A stretch of 64,000 bases of DNA from an uncultured Dehalococcoidia bacterium (GTDB taxonomy: Bacteria; Chloroflexota; Dehalococcoidia; Bin125), in NCBI GenBank assembly GCA_958295515.1, contig CATQGW010000001.1:777522-841521 (forward strand), written 5' to 3'. A model generated the notes under the pieces. It saw only the letters and a program-made list of their open reading frames with translations, did not search any database and was not told the origin of the DNA. Below, piece by piece: positions 8,870 through 17,971 of this stretch. The stretch's first letter is position 1; every line of letters starts with the position of its first letter. The position numbers and the translations under genes are program-made.

Positions 8870-10600
8870 ATGGCGAAGTTCGATGTCCTGATTCGCGGCG
8901 GCACGGTGGTGGATGGCACGCGCGTGCCGAGGTTCCAGGCCGATGTCGGGATTAAGGATGGGCGGATCGCGCAGATTGGCGGGCGGATGGATCCGGCCGA
9001 CGCGGACCAGCTGCTCGAGGCCGAGGGGCTGATCGTCGCGCCCGGCTTCGTGGACCTGCACACGCACTACGACGCGCAGATTCAGTGGGATCCCTACTGC
9101 ACGATCTCGGGCTGGCACGGCGTGACCTCGGTGGTGCTGGGCAACTGCGGCTTCGGCTTCGCGCCGGTGCGCGAGGAGGAGCGGGACCGCGCGATGCTGA
9201 CGATGTCGCGCACGGAGGCGATTCCGTTCGACTCGATGAAGGCGGGGATGCTCTGGGACTGGGTTTCCTTCCCGGAGTGGCTGGACACGCTGGACCGCAT
9301 CCCCAAGGGGGTGAACTGCCTGTCGTACATGCCGATTGCGCCGCTGATGATCTGGGTGATGGGCCTGGAGGCGGCGAAGAATCGGCGGGCGACGGAGGAG
9401 GAAATCCGCGAGATGCAGCGGCTGCTGCACGAGGCGATGGATGCCGGGGCGTGCGGCTGGTCGACGCAGCGGCTGGGCGAGAACTCGGTGCAGGCGGACT
9501 ACGACGGCACGCCGATGGTGACCGACATCATGAGCGACAACGAATGCCTGGCGCTGGCCGAGGTGCTGCGGGATCGGGATGAAGGGTTCATCCAAATCAC
9601 ACAGGCGACGGGCGACATCAAGAGCGATCTGGCGTTCGAGGCGGAGCTGGCGCGCGTGTCGGGCCGCCCGATTCTGCACAACGTGATCGCGCCCAACGCG
9701 CAGCGCCCGGAGTCGCACACCAAGTCGCTCAAGTGGCTGGCCGACTGCAACGCGCGGGGCGAGCGGATTTTCGGCCAGGCCTTCACGATTCGCTCGGCCT
9801 TCGCCTACACGCTTGAGGACTGGAACCTCTACGACTCGTCGCCGGCCTGGAACTACGCGACCACCGGCAGCGTGGAGGAGAAGCAGGCGAAGTTCGCCGA
9901 TCCCGAGGTGCGCGAGCGGCTCAAGGCGGAGATGGACGACGCGATTGAGAAGCTCGGCCAGACGCAGGCGATCGGCGGCTCGATTGAGAAGGTGATGGTC
10001 CAGCATCTCGAGGCCAAGCCGGAGCTTGAGCAGTACGTCGGCCTGACGCTCGCCGAGGTCGGGGAGCGGATGGGCAAGCACCCGATCGACGCGATGCTGG
10101 ACCTGGCGCTGGCGACCGACCTCAAGGCGGAGTTCCTGACCGAGGTGACGAACGCCAACGAGGATCACATGGCGGAAATCGTCGAGTCGCCCTTCACCAT
10201 CCCGGGCGTCTCCGACGGCGGCGCGCACACCAAGTTCCTGACGGCGGGCTCGTACCCGACGGACTTCCTGATCTGGATGGTGCGCGACACGGGGAAGGTG
10301 ACGCTCGAAGAGGCGCACTACCGGCTCTCCTACCTGCCGGCGCGGGCGGGCGGCTTCATCGGTCGCGGCGCGCTGACGGAGGGCGCGCCGGCGGATGTGG
10401 TCGTCTACGACCTCGACGCGCTGAAGCTGGATCCGGAGTTCCAGGGCGAAATCGTGCATGATTTCCCGGCCGGGGAGTGGCGGCGGATTCAGCGCCCGCA
10501 CGGTTACCGCTGGATTCTGGTCAACGGCGAGGTGACGATGCAGGACGGGGAGGAGACGGGCGCGACGCCGGGCAAGTTGCTCCGCCACGGCCGCGCGTAG
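8870..10600 (+). CDS. D-aminoacylase / N-acyl-D-amino-acid deacylase family amidohydrolase, copy 1
   Basis: MAKFDVLIRGGTVVDGTRVP...GRIAQIGG...LIVAPGFVDLHTHYDAQ metal-dependent amidohydrolase signature; AAGGAG SD 8 nt upstream; 576 aa. Confidence 0.8.
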   Translation: MAKFDVLIRGGTVVDGTRVPRFQADVGIKDGRIAQIGGRMDPADADQLLEAEGLIVAPGFVDLHTHYDAQIQWDPYCTISGWHGVTSVVLGNCGFGFAPVREEERDRAMLTMSRTEAIPFDSMKAGMLWDWVSFPEWLDTLDRIPKGVNCLSYMPIAPLMIWVMGLEAAKNRRATEEEIREMQRLLHEAMDAGACGWSTQRLGENSVQADYDGTPMVTDIMSDNECLALAEVLRDRDEGFIQITQATGDIKSDLAFEAELARVSGRPILHNVIAPNAQRPESHTKSLKWLADCNARGERIFGQAFTIRSAFAYTLEDWNLYDSSPAWNYATTGSVEEKQAKFADPEVRERLKAEMDDAIEKLGQTQAIGGSIEKVMVQHLEAKPELEQYVGLTLAEVGERMGKHPIDAMLDLALATDLKAEFLTEVTNANEDHMAEIVESPFTIPGVSDGGAHTKFLTAGSYPTDFLIWMVRDTGKVTLEEAHYRLSYLPARAGGFIGRGALTEGAPADVVVYDLDALKLDPEFQGEIVHDFPAGEWRRIQRPHGYRWILVNGEVTMQDGEETGATPGKLLRHGRA

Positions 10601-10669
10601 CGGCCGCCGCTGCTCGAGCTGGCACATCGCCGCAGCTGGTCTACGCTTCCGCCAAGGGGGAATCTGCTG

Positions 10670-10930
10670 ATGGCTTCGGATAGTTCTGCCGTCGTGCGGC
10701 TCCGCTTCGGTGTCGATCTGCTGCGTGTGGTCAGCGGACGCGCCCGCGAGATCCTCACCGCATCTGGCCAGCGTGAGACCGGTACCGATTTCGACAAGCT
10801 TGATGCCGCGATCCAGGAGATGTTCGGCCAGATCACCGACGAGGAGTGGGAACAGTTGCCGACAGACGGTGCGCGACGCCTCGATTTCTATCTCTATGGC
10901 CGAGAAAAGCCGTCCGCGCGCGACGCATGA
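10670..10930 (+). CDS. small acidic hypothetical protein (86 aa)
   Basis: ORF with AAGGGGG SD-like sequence upstream; no recognised family. Confidence 0.35.
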   Translation: MASDSSAVVRLRFGVDLLRVVSGRAREILTASGQRETGTDFDKLDAAIQEMFGQITDEEWEQLPTDGARRLDFYLYGREKPSARDA

Positions 10931-11031
10931 GAGAGGTGTTTGTCGACGCCGAATTCCGCGATCTCGGCTGCCGCTGCCTCCTACGCGACGACTGAGTCGC
11001 TGCCACCCTCTCCGCCGCCACGTGGTAGCTT

Positions 11032-14000
11032 GTGCGGAGCGGGTTGGGAAGATGCGGATCCATCCAAATGCTTCACAATGTCGTGCGTTTGTGGCCGCGC
11101 TTGCTGGGGCTGGTGGTGTTGGCGGGACTGCTGGGCGTGGCGGTGGTGACCATTTCGCTTGCTCGGGCTGCGCCGCCTGGGGACCTTGCGCTGACGTTGA
11201 GCCTGGTTGAGGACTCCGACAACATTGTGCCGCCGGGCTCGACGCTGCGGGTTGCGGCGACGCTGACGTATAGCAGCGATTACCACGTGTTTTTGGATGT
11301 CCCGCCCAGCGCGCTGCGCATCGCCGGGGATCTGGAGTGGGATTCGTTGGGGCGTCGCGCGCACCCCTTGACGCGCCAGGGGCACCTGGGCGGACGAGTG
11401 GGATGGGAAGACATCGCAGTGCAGGCGGATCCTGCGGGCGACATCGCTGTGTTCGGGATGTCTTGGGACTCCGGTATATGCTGCGTGGGATCCGCGGATA
11501 TCTACGTGGGTGGCGCGTTTGCGGCGCATTTTTCAGGCGCAGGACCACGGGCCAACCTATTTGGCCACAGCGTTGATGTCGGCGGAGGTGTGATTGTCAT
11601 CGGCGCGCCTGACGGAGAAAACGGCGCAGCGTATGTGTTTGAGCGCAACGCGGCCGGCGTCTGGACCGAGGTTGCCGAACTCACGCCTGGTTCCAACCCT
11701 GCGTACACGGATCCTGCAACTCAGGATAAGCCGCGGTGGTTCGGCCTCGGCGTCGCGATCAGCGACGACGGGAGCACGATCGTTATCAGCAAAGTCCCTT
11801 CACCGGGCTTGGGCGTGGCGCACAATTGGGGCGCGACCGGGCATGTGTTCACCAGGCCCGCCGGCGGTTGGCGCGATATGGACACCAATCACCCGAGTGT
11901 GACTGCGCTGCGATACCACGACGTCGGCGACGGCAACACCGACCCCGACGACATGTTCAGCATCGCGTCACGCAATGACGCATACGGCGATGCGGACATC
12001 GCCGGCAACGGTTCGGTGGTCGCGCTGGGCGGATATCCCCTGCCGCGCACTGCGGATGCGGCCGACCAGCAGGGCGCGGTGCTGATCTTCCGTCGTCCGG
12101 CGGGCGGTTGGGCCGACGCCGGCGGAGCCGATGGCATGCTGGAGCAGGATGCGGTGCTGACGGCGACGGATGACGACAGCAACAACATTCGGCTCGGTCG
12201 GGCGATTGCGATCAATGTTGATGGCAGCGTGGTGCTGGCAGGCGCCCGCGGCACGGTCGGGACGTCACTTGGATCCCTCAGCTGGCCGGGCTCGGCGTTT
12301 GTCTGGGTGCAGCCCGCGACTGGCTGGGCCGATACGAACGATGCAACGGCGACGTTGAGCGATTCGACCGCGAACAACGAAGATCAGTTTGCTGACCACG
12401 TTGCCATCAGCGACTCGGGCGATCGGATCATCGTGTCCGACAGCGGCAGCCGTGCGGCGCATGTGTTCGATAAGCCTGCGCTCGGTTGGCAGGACGACGC
12501 GTCGGCCGACTTGCTGCTTACCTCGCCGAAACCGACCTCGTTGGATCCGGAAGTTGGGACGTTGGGGGTGGGCTTCGGTGGCCACACGGCGTTGGATGGA
12601 GAGTCGACGGCGATCGTTGGGCAGCTGGTGTGGCAGCTGTCAGTCCTCCGCAGTCACGCTGGCGGCTTCGCGTTCGATCTCGCCGCTGCCGACCCGCAGG
12701 CGGGCGCTGAGCGTCTGTTCCCCTGCACATCCAGGAGCGCTGATGGTCTGACTACTTGGACCTGTTCCGTCTACGTCGGCGATACTTCGATCACGATTCC
12801 GCTGGGGACGCCTGACGGGACGTTTACGATTTCTGGCGTGCTTACTGTGGACGGCGTGGAGTACAGCGATGCGCTGGAAGTTACGATCGACGAGGTCAAT
12901 GAAGTGACTGAGGTGCAGTTCAACTTTGCTGAGTATGAGAGCGGGCTGAAGCAGGGCGAGCGGTATCCGGGCGCGATTGCGGCTGGGGAGACTACGCGGC
13001 TGCGGTTGGGTGTGCTGAATGAGCATGGGAAAGCCTCTGCCGGGGGTAGCATTGCTTCGGTGCTGTTTACGACCACCGCGGGCTCGCTGAGCACGAGCAT
13101 CGGCGGCGGCTGCATGGGCGGTGGGGGGTTGGTTTGCCAGATTCCGGTGTCGGCGCTGACGGCGGCGAACGCCGACAAGATCGACCTGACCGTTGCGCAC
13201 CCCGGGCAGGGGAGCTCCGGCGTCGCCGAAATCCGCGCCACCGTACTGGCTGTCGACGGGGAGACCTTTAACGCCGATCCCTTACGAGTGACGTTGACCG
13301 GCGAGGCTGCGTTGCTGGCGATCAGCGAACCGGCGACCAGCGTGTTGAATGTGCATACTGAGGACTTCGGCGCGGAGCGGGATGACCGCGACATGCTGAC
13401 GCTGACGGTCAGGGCGACGGACGAAGAGGGGCGGAAGGCGGCTGTGCCGACGCATTCGCGGCGCGTGGTGATCACGGGTCCCGACGGTCGCCGGGTTGAT
13501 GTGGGAGACATCCCATCCTCACCCGCGTCGGAACACGCGGTGATCGCGGTCTGGCCCAAGGTGCGGGTGACGTTTGCGCCGCACCTCGGCGCTTCGAGAA
13601 CCGCTGCGGAGCTGCTGGGCAACTATGACGTCGTCAACAAGTGGTCCCTCGGCGGCAGCTGGCAGTGGTACAGCGTTGACGCGAACGGCGATCCTGCGCG
13701 CGGGGCGACCAACTTCGTCGCCAATCAGGGCGACGTACTGCGCTTCGACGATCTCGTTCTGGACGCCGACGGCAACCTGCAGGTGGAGCTCGATGTGGAC
13801 GCCGGCCGCGCGAACCCGCTGACGCCCGGCGAGTACACGCTCGAGCTGCGCGCCGGGGCGCTGACTGCGCGACGCAGCTTCAGCGTGGTCGGGGATGCCG
13901 CCGCGCTGACGCTCAGCGAAGCGACAGGCTCGACGGAGGACGGCGGGCGGCTTTCCCTGACCGCGACGCTGACCGACGGGGACGGTAATACCGTGGCGGA

Positions 14001-14442
14001 CGGCACGCCGGTTGTCTGGGAAGAGGGCAACACGGCGGCGCAGGTGGTGCTGGTGCAGCTCTCTGTTGAGGCGAAGACGACCGATGGCCGCGCCTCGGCG
14101 ACGTATCTGGTCGTCGGGCGGGGGAGCGCCTGGGTGCGGGCGAGTTCAGGCGAGGCGGGCGATACGCGGGTGATGTTCAATCTCGGCGCGCCGCCGCCGC
14201 CGCCCGCGCCTGCCAACCCTGCGGAGTCGCTCAGCAGCCGCACGCCGGGCGCGTTCGCGGCTTGGCTCGGAGTCGGCGCGACGAGCGCGTCGGCGCTGCT
14301 GGCGGGGCTGGACGGGATCGACTCGATTGCTGTGTGGCGCGATGGGGTCTGGCTGCGCTATGAGGTGGTGGGCGGCGCAGCGGCGGGCGGCGCGGTGGAC
14401 TTTGAGGTGCGGCGCGGCGAGATCGTGCGTTTGGGCGGCTGA
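11032..14442 (+). CDS. giant secreted/surface protein, paralog 3, with FG-GAP-like repeats (probable true start at ATG 11068, MLHNVVRLWPRLLGLVVLAGLLGVAVV)
   Basis: N-terminal hydrophobic signal; FG-GAP-like motifs (NLFGHSVDVGGGVIVIGAPDGENGAAYVFE, RWFGLGVAISDDGSTIVIS, RLGRAIAINVDGSVVLAG); C-terminal ~600 aa colinear with other two paralogs ending ...VDFEVRRGEIVRLGG. Confidence 0.7.
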   Translation: MRSGLGRCGSIQMLHNVVRLWPRLLGLVVLAGLLGVAVVTISLARAAPPGDLALTLSLVEDSDNIVPPGSTLRVAATLTYSSDYHVFLDVPPSALRIAGDLEWDSLGRRAHPLTRQGHLGGRVGWEDIAVQADPAGDIAVFGMSWDSGICCVGSADIYVGGAFAAHFSGAGPRANLFGHSVDVGGGVIVIGAPDGENGAAYVFERNAAGVWTEVAELTPGSNPAYTDPATQDKPRWFGLGVAISDDGSTIVISKVPSPGLGVAHNWGATGHVFTRPAGGWRDMDTNHPSVTALRYHDVGDGNTDPDDMFSIASRNDAYGDADIAGNGSVVALGGYPLPRTADAADQQGAVLIFRRPAGGWADAGGADGMLEQDAVLTATDDDSNNIRLGRAIAINVDGSVVLAGARGTVGTSLGSLSWPGSAFVWVQPATGWADTNDATATLSDSTANNEDQFADHVAISDSGDRIIVSDSGSRAAHVFDKPALGWQDDASADLLLTSPKPTSLDPEVGTLGVGFGGHTALDGESTAIVGQLVWQLSVLRSHAGGFAFDLAAADPQAGAERLFPCTSRSADGLTTWTCSVYVGDTSITIPLGTPDGTFTISGVLTVDGVEYSDALEVTIDEVNEVTEVQFNFAEYESGLKQGERYPGAIAAGETTRLRLGVLNEHGKASAGGSIASVLFTTTAGSLSTSIGGGCMGGGGLVCQIPVSALTAANADKIDLTVAHPGQGSSGVAEIRATVLAVDGETFNADPLRVTLTGEAALLAISEPATSVLNVHTEDFGAERDDRDMLTLTVRATDEEGRKAAVPTHSRRVVITGPDGRRVDVGDIPSSPASEHAVIAVWPKVRVTFAPHLGASRTAAELLGNYDVVNKWSLGGSWQWYSVDANGDPARGATNFVANQGDVLRFDDLVLDADGNLQVELDVDAGRANPLTPGEYTLELRAGALTARRSFSVVGDAAALTLSEATGSTEDGGRLSLTATLTDGDGNTVADGTPVVWEEGNTAAQVVLVQLSVEAKTTDGRASATYLVVGRGSAWVRASSGEAGDTRVMFNLGAPPPPPAPANPAESLSSRTPGAFAAWLGVGATSASALLAGLDGIDSIAVWRDGVWLRYEVVGGAAAGGAVDFEVRRGEIVRLGG

Positions 14443-14541
14443 GCTGCTTCCCCATCGTCCTGCAAACTCGTTTTGCAATCTCTATCTTTTGCGCATTCCG
14501 GTTGGACGCCCGCGCGGCGCGGGTCGGCAAGGAGCGCTGAG

Positions 14542-16272
14542 ATGGCCAAGTTTGATGTTCTGATTCGCGGCGGCACGGTTGTGGATGGCACTCGCGTGCC
14601 GAAATTCAAGGCCGATGTCGGGATTGCGGATGGGCGGATCGCCCAGGTGGGCGGCAAGATGGATCCGGCCGATGCGGAGCAGTTGCTTGAGGCGGAGGGG
14701 CTGATCGTCGCGCCCGGCTTCGTGGACCTGCACACTCACTACGACGCGCAGATTCAGTGGGATCCGTACTGCACGATCTCCGGCTGGCATGGGGTCACGT
14801 CGGTGGTGCTGGGCAACTGCGGCTTCGGCTTCGCGCCGGTGCGCGAGGAGGAGCGCGACCGGGCGATGCTGACGATGTCGCGCACCGAAGCGATTCCCTT
14901 CGACTCGATGCAGGCGGGGATGATCTGGGACTGGGTTTCGTTCCCGGAGTGGCTGGACACGCTGGATCGCATCCCCAAGGGGGTGAACTGCCTGTCGTAC
15001 ATGCCGCTCGCGCCGCTGATGACGTGGGTGATGGGTCTGGAGGCGGCGAAGAGCCGTCGCGCCAACGACGGCGAGATTGCGGAGATGCAGCGGCTGCTCG
15101 GCGAGGCGATGGACGCAGGGGCGTGCGGCTGGTCGACGCAGCGGCTGGGCGAGAACTCGGTGCAGGCGGACTACGACGGCACGCCGATGGTGACCGACAT
15201 CATGAGCGATAACGAGTGTCTGGCGCTGGCGGAGGTGCTCGCCGAGCGCGACGAGGGCTTCATCCAGATCACGCAGTTCACCGGCGATCTCGACGCGGAC
15301 CTGGAGTTTCAGTCGCGCCTGGCGGCGGCTGCGCGGCGTCCGATTCTGCACAATCTGATCGCGGTGAGCCGCGAGAACGCCGATGTGCATCGCAACCGCA
15401 TGCGGTGGCTTGAGGAGTGCAACGCGCGGGGGGAGCCGATCTTCGGCCAGGCGGCGACGATTCGCGCGGCGTTCACCTTCACGCTCGAGGACTGGAATCT
15501 CTACGACTCGTCGCCGGCCTGGAACTACGCCACGACCGGCACGCGCGAGGAGAAGCTGGAGAAGTTCGCCGACGCCGGGGTGCGCGCCAACATCAGGGCG
15601 GAGATCGACGAGGCGATCAAGAAACTCGGTCAGACCCAGGCGCTGGGCGGGCCGATTGAGGAGCTGCTGATCCAGGATCTGGCGCACAAGCCCGAGTTGG
15701 AGGAATACGTGGGGATGACCGTGGGGCAGGTCGCCGAAGCGCGCGGCGTTCACGCCGTCGATGCGATGCTCGATCTGGCGCTCGAGACCGACCTTGCGGC
15801 CGAGTTCCTGACGCCGATGCGCGAGCAGAACGACGAGTGGACGGCGGAGATGATGTCCTCGCCCTATGTGGTGCCGGGCGTCTCCGACGGGGGCGCGCAC
15901 ACGAAGTTCCTGACGGCCGGCTCCTACCCGACCGATTTCCTGATCTGGCTGGTGCGGGATACGCAGCGGCTGACGCTGGAGGAGGCGCACTACCGGCTCT
16001 CCTACCTGCCGGCCCGTGCGGCGGGTTTCCGGGACCGCGGCGCGATTATCGAGGGCGCGCCGGCCGATGTGGTCGTCTACGACCTCGACGGGCTGAAGAT
16101 CACGCCGGAGTGGACGGGCGAGGTTGTCCACGACTTCCCGGCGGGGGAGTGGCGGCGGGTGCAGCGTCCGGACGGCTATCGCTGGATTCTGGTCAATGGG
16201 GAGGTGACGTTCGAGGACGGCAAGGAGACGGGCGCGACGCCGGGCAAGCTGCTCCGCCACGGCCGCGGCTAG
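14542..16272 (+). CDS. D-aminoacylase family amidohydrolase, copy 2
   Basis: MAKFDVLIRGGTVVDGTRVPKFKADVGIADGRIAQVGG... about 85% identical to 8870..10600; AAGGAG SD. Confidence 0.8.
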   Translation: MAKFDVLIRGGTVVDGTRVPKFKADVGIADGRIAQVGGKMDPADAEQLLEAEGLIVAPGFVDLHTHYDAQIQWDPYCTISGWHGVTSVVLGNCGFGFAPVREEERDRAMLTMSRTEAIPFDSMQAGMIWDWVSFPEWLDTLDRIPKGVNCLSYMPLAPLMTWVMGLEAAKSRRANDGEIAEMQRLLGEAMDAGACGWSTQRLGENSVQADYDGTPMVTDIMSDNECLALAEVLAERDEGFIQITQFTGDLDADLEFQSRLAAAARRPILHNLIAVSRENADVHRNRMRWLEECNARGEPIFGQAATIRAAFTFTLEDWNLYDSSPAWNYATTGTREEKLEKFADAGVRANIRAEIDEAIKKLGQTQALGGPIEELLIQDLAHKPELEEYVGMTVGQVAEARGVHAVDAMLDLALETDLAAEFLTPMREQNDEWTAEMMSSPYVVPGVSDGGAHTKFLTAGSYPTDFLIWLVRDTQRLTLEEAHYRLSYLPARAAGFRDRGAIIEGAPADVVVYDLDGLKITPEWTGEVVHDFPAGEWRRVQRPDGYRWILVNGEVTFEDGKETGATPGKLLRHGRG

Positions 16273-16343
16273 GGATCGCTCCACCCGCTCCGGCTCTTGC
16301 ACGAATCCCCGCCGCAAGGCGGGGGTTCGGGTACCGTACAGAA

Positions 16344-17168
16344 ATGGATCCGCCCAGCAAGAGCGCGCTCAATCGCCTCGGTAGTCGGCTGAGAAAATCT
16401 GATCCGCCCTCGGCGGAAGATCGGGAGGTTTACCGCGAGTACGCGGCCACGTTTCTTCCTCCGCTCAATGAGGCGATCGAGGCGGTCGTCGAGAACTCCG
16501 GGTCTGTGAACTTGGCCGAGCTCGGGGCGCGAATCAAGAAATTCGAGTCAGTCGTCGCCAAGCTCCGTCGTCAGCCAACGAAGTTAGCCAGCATTGAGGA
16601 CATCGGTGGATGTCGTCTGGTTGTGCTCACGCTGGGAGACATTGAAGATGTTCATCAGTCCTTGGATCGGACATTGAACATCGTGCGGTTCCGCGATTAC
16701 CGCGAGGATGCCCACGATGGCTATCGGGCAGTCCATCTGGTTGCGCAAATGACGCCAAGACACCGCATCGAGATCCAGATTCGGACCGAACTTCAGAACG
16801 AGTGGGCCAACCTCTCCGAGCACTTGTTCCAAAGGGTTGACCCGGAGATCAAATACGGTGGCGGGCCACGAGGCGTTCGTCAGAGGCTTGATGCGCTGTC
16901 GGACGAGGGGTGGGAGCTGGATCGTCTGAGACAACGTCTGGCTGATGGGGACCTAGACTACCGCACGCTACGCCAGGCCGCGTTGTCCTCAGCGAGATTT
17001 GGCGTGGAGTGGAACGCTGAGATGATGGAGAGAGTGAGACACGTTGAGCAAGAGATGGGGCGGATCTTTGAACAGCTAAACATCTCGCTCGGCGATTTTC
17101 GCGCTAGAATAGATGCGCTGAGGCACGATGGGAGTTTGACCGATGAAGCACTTCGTCCTCCTCTATGA
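16344..17168 (+). CDS. RelA/SpoT-domain (alarmone synthetase-like) protein, small stand-alone; toxSAS-like candidate
   Basis: DIGGCRLVVLTLGD...DGYRAVHLVAQ...IEIQIRTELQNEWA matches RelA/SpoT synthetase core (D-x-G-x-R, GYxSxH, EIQIRT..W); 275 aa; 3' end overlaps next gene by 26 nt. Confidence 0.7.
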   Translation: MDPPSKSALNRLGSRLRKSDPPSAEDREVYREYAATFLPPLNEAIEAVVENSGSVNLAELGARIKKFESVVAKLRRQPTKLASIEDIGGCRLVVLTLGDIEDVHQSLDRTLNIVRFRDYREDAHDGYRAVHLVAQMTPRHRIEIQIRTELQNEWANLSEHLFQRVDPEIKYGGGPRGVRQRLDALSDEGWELDRLRQRLADGDLDYRTLRQAALSSARFGVEWNAEMMERVRHVEQEMGRIFEQLNISLGDFRARIDALRHDGSLTDEALRPPL

Positions 17169-17451
17169 CCACCTGACCCACGAGGTACAACTGGACGAGT
17201 TCACCGACCAAGGCGCTGCGTTGGATGCGCTTCGCACAGCAGAGTTGGCGCTGAAACCACACAAAGAAGTCGTGCTTTTTCTGGCAGAGTCGGAGAGAGC
17301 GTTGAAGATCACGCACTCCTCGTATTTCAGCAACGGACGCGGCAACGGCGCGACACAGGATGCGCCCGTCGATCTCGAATCACTCACGAGATTGGTCGAG
17401 CGAGCTGAGTCCGATTTGCAGAGTGCGCACGATGCGCTCGCGGCCAGATAG
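17143..17451 (+). CDS. small acidic protein (102 aa) overlapping 3' end of RelA/SpoT gene; candidate antitoxin-like partner
   Basis: MKHFVLLYDHLTHEVQLDEFTD...EVVLFLAESERALKITHSSYF; start inside upstream gene; paralog at 17610..17861. Confidence 0.5.
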   Translation: MKHFVLLYDHLTHEVQLDEFTDQGAALDALRTAELALKPHKEVVLFLAESERALKITHSSYFSNGRGNGATQDAPVDLESLTRLVERAESDLQSAHDALAAR

Positions 17452-17609
17452 ATGAACAAACCTGGCAGAATGCGCTCGCGCTGTTTCCGCACTGCCCATG
17501 ATCTCGGCTCAGGCGACGAGGGGTCCCGCAGCCACCGGTCTGAGCGGCTCAAAGATGCGTTCATCGCCCGCTTGAGCGCGATGGGCCTTGTGGGACGGGA
17601 GGACGAATC

Positions 17610-17861
17610 ATGAAGTGGATTTTGCTGCACTGCGACCACGACACCGACGAGGTGACGCTGACTGAGTTTGACCGCGAAGACTCCGACGCGGCGATCGCCG
17701 CGCTCAACGCGGCTGAGCGGGGCAAGCGGCCGCAGGACGAAGTTGTGCTCTTCTTCTCCGAAGGTGAAGAGTCGCTCCGCCGCACCCACTCCCGCTATTT
17801 CTACGATGAGCGCGAAATTGCCGAGCAGCTCCGCAAGACGCTCGCCGCTATCCGCCGCTAG
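17610..17861 (+). CDS. small acidic protein (83 aa), paralog of 17143..17451
   Basis: MKWILLHCDHDTDEVTLTEFDRED...EVVLFFSEGEESLRRTHSRYFYDE; same motif set as upstream paralog. Confidence 0.5.
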   Translation: MKWILLHCDHDTDEVTLTEFDREDSDAAIAALNAAERGKRPQDEVVLFFSEGEESLRRTHSRYFYDEREIAEQLRKTLAAIRR

Positions 17862-17956
17862 CCTTACGCTGGGCTCGGGAATTGGGACTATGCGTAGGGG
17901 CACGATGGACATGGCTGTGAGTAGGGCTGCCGGGCGGTTGCTGCTGCGGCAATTGC

Positions 17957-17969
17957 GGGGGGGGGGGGG
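17957..17969 (+). repeat. G13 homopolymeric tract at translation start of giant protein paralog 2
   Basis: 13 consecutive G (gcaattgc-G13-taATG); upstream conserved leader ORF from ATG 17890 is out of frame with the main ORF at this tract length. Confidence 0.9.
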
Positions 17970-17971
17970 TA

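Noticed and set aside
11032-11100. G-tract switch upstream of giant paralog 3
   Set aside because: There is no homopolymer or conserved leader at this copy. The upstream region is unrelated, so the phase-variation signal is limited to paralogs 1 and 2 and the lipoprotein gene.
8813-11548. 911-aa minus-strand ORF spanning the amidohydrolase and start of paralog 3; likewise 14482..16317 -
   Set aside because: It lies antisense to amidohydrolase genes that have textbook motifs and SD sequences, and its composition (R/A/P/H) is typical of a GC-rich antisense frame.
15837-16343. 5' extension of RelA/SpoT ORF (MDGGDDVLALCGAGRLRRGRAHEV...)
   Set aside because: It overlaps the amidohydrolase 3' end in another frame and has an Arg/Gly-rich composition. 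A good ATG at 16344 precedes the conserved domain.
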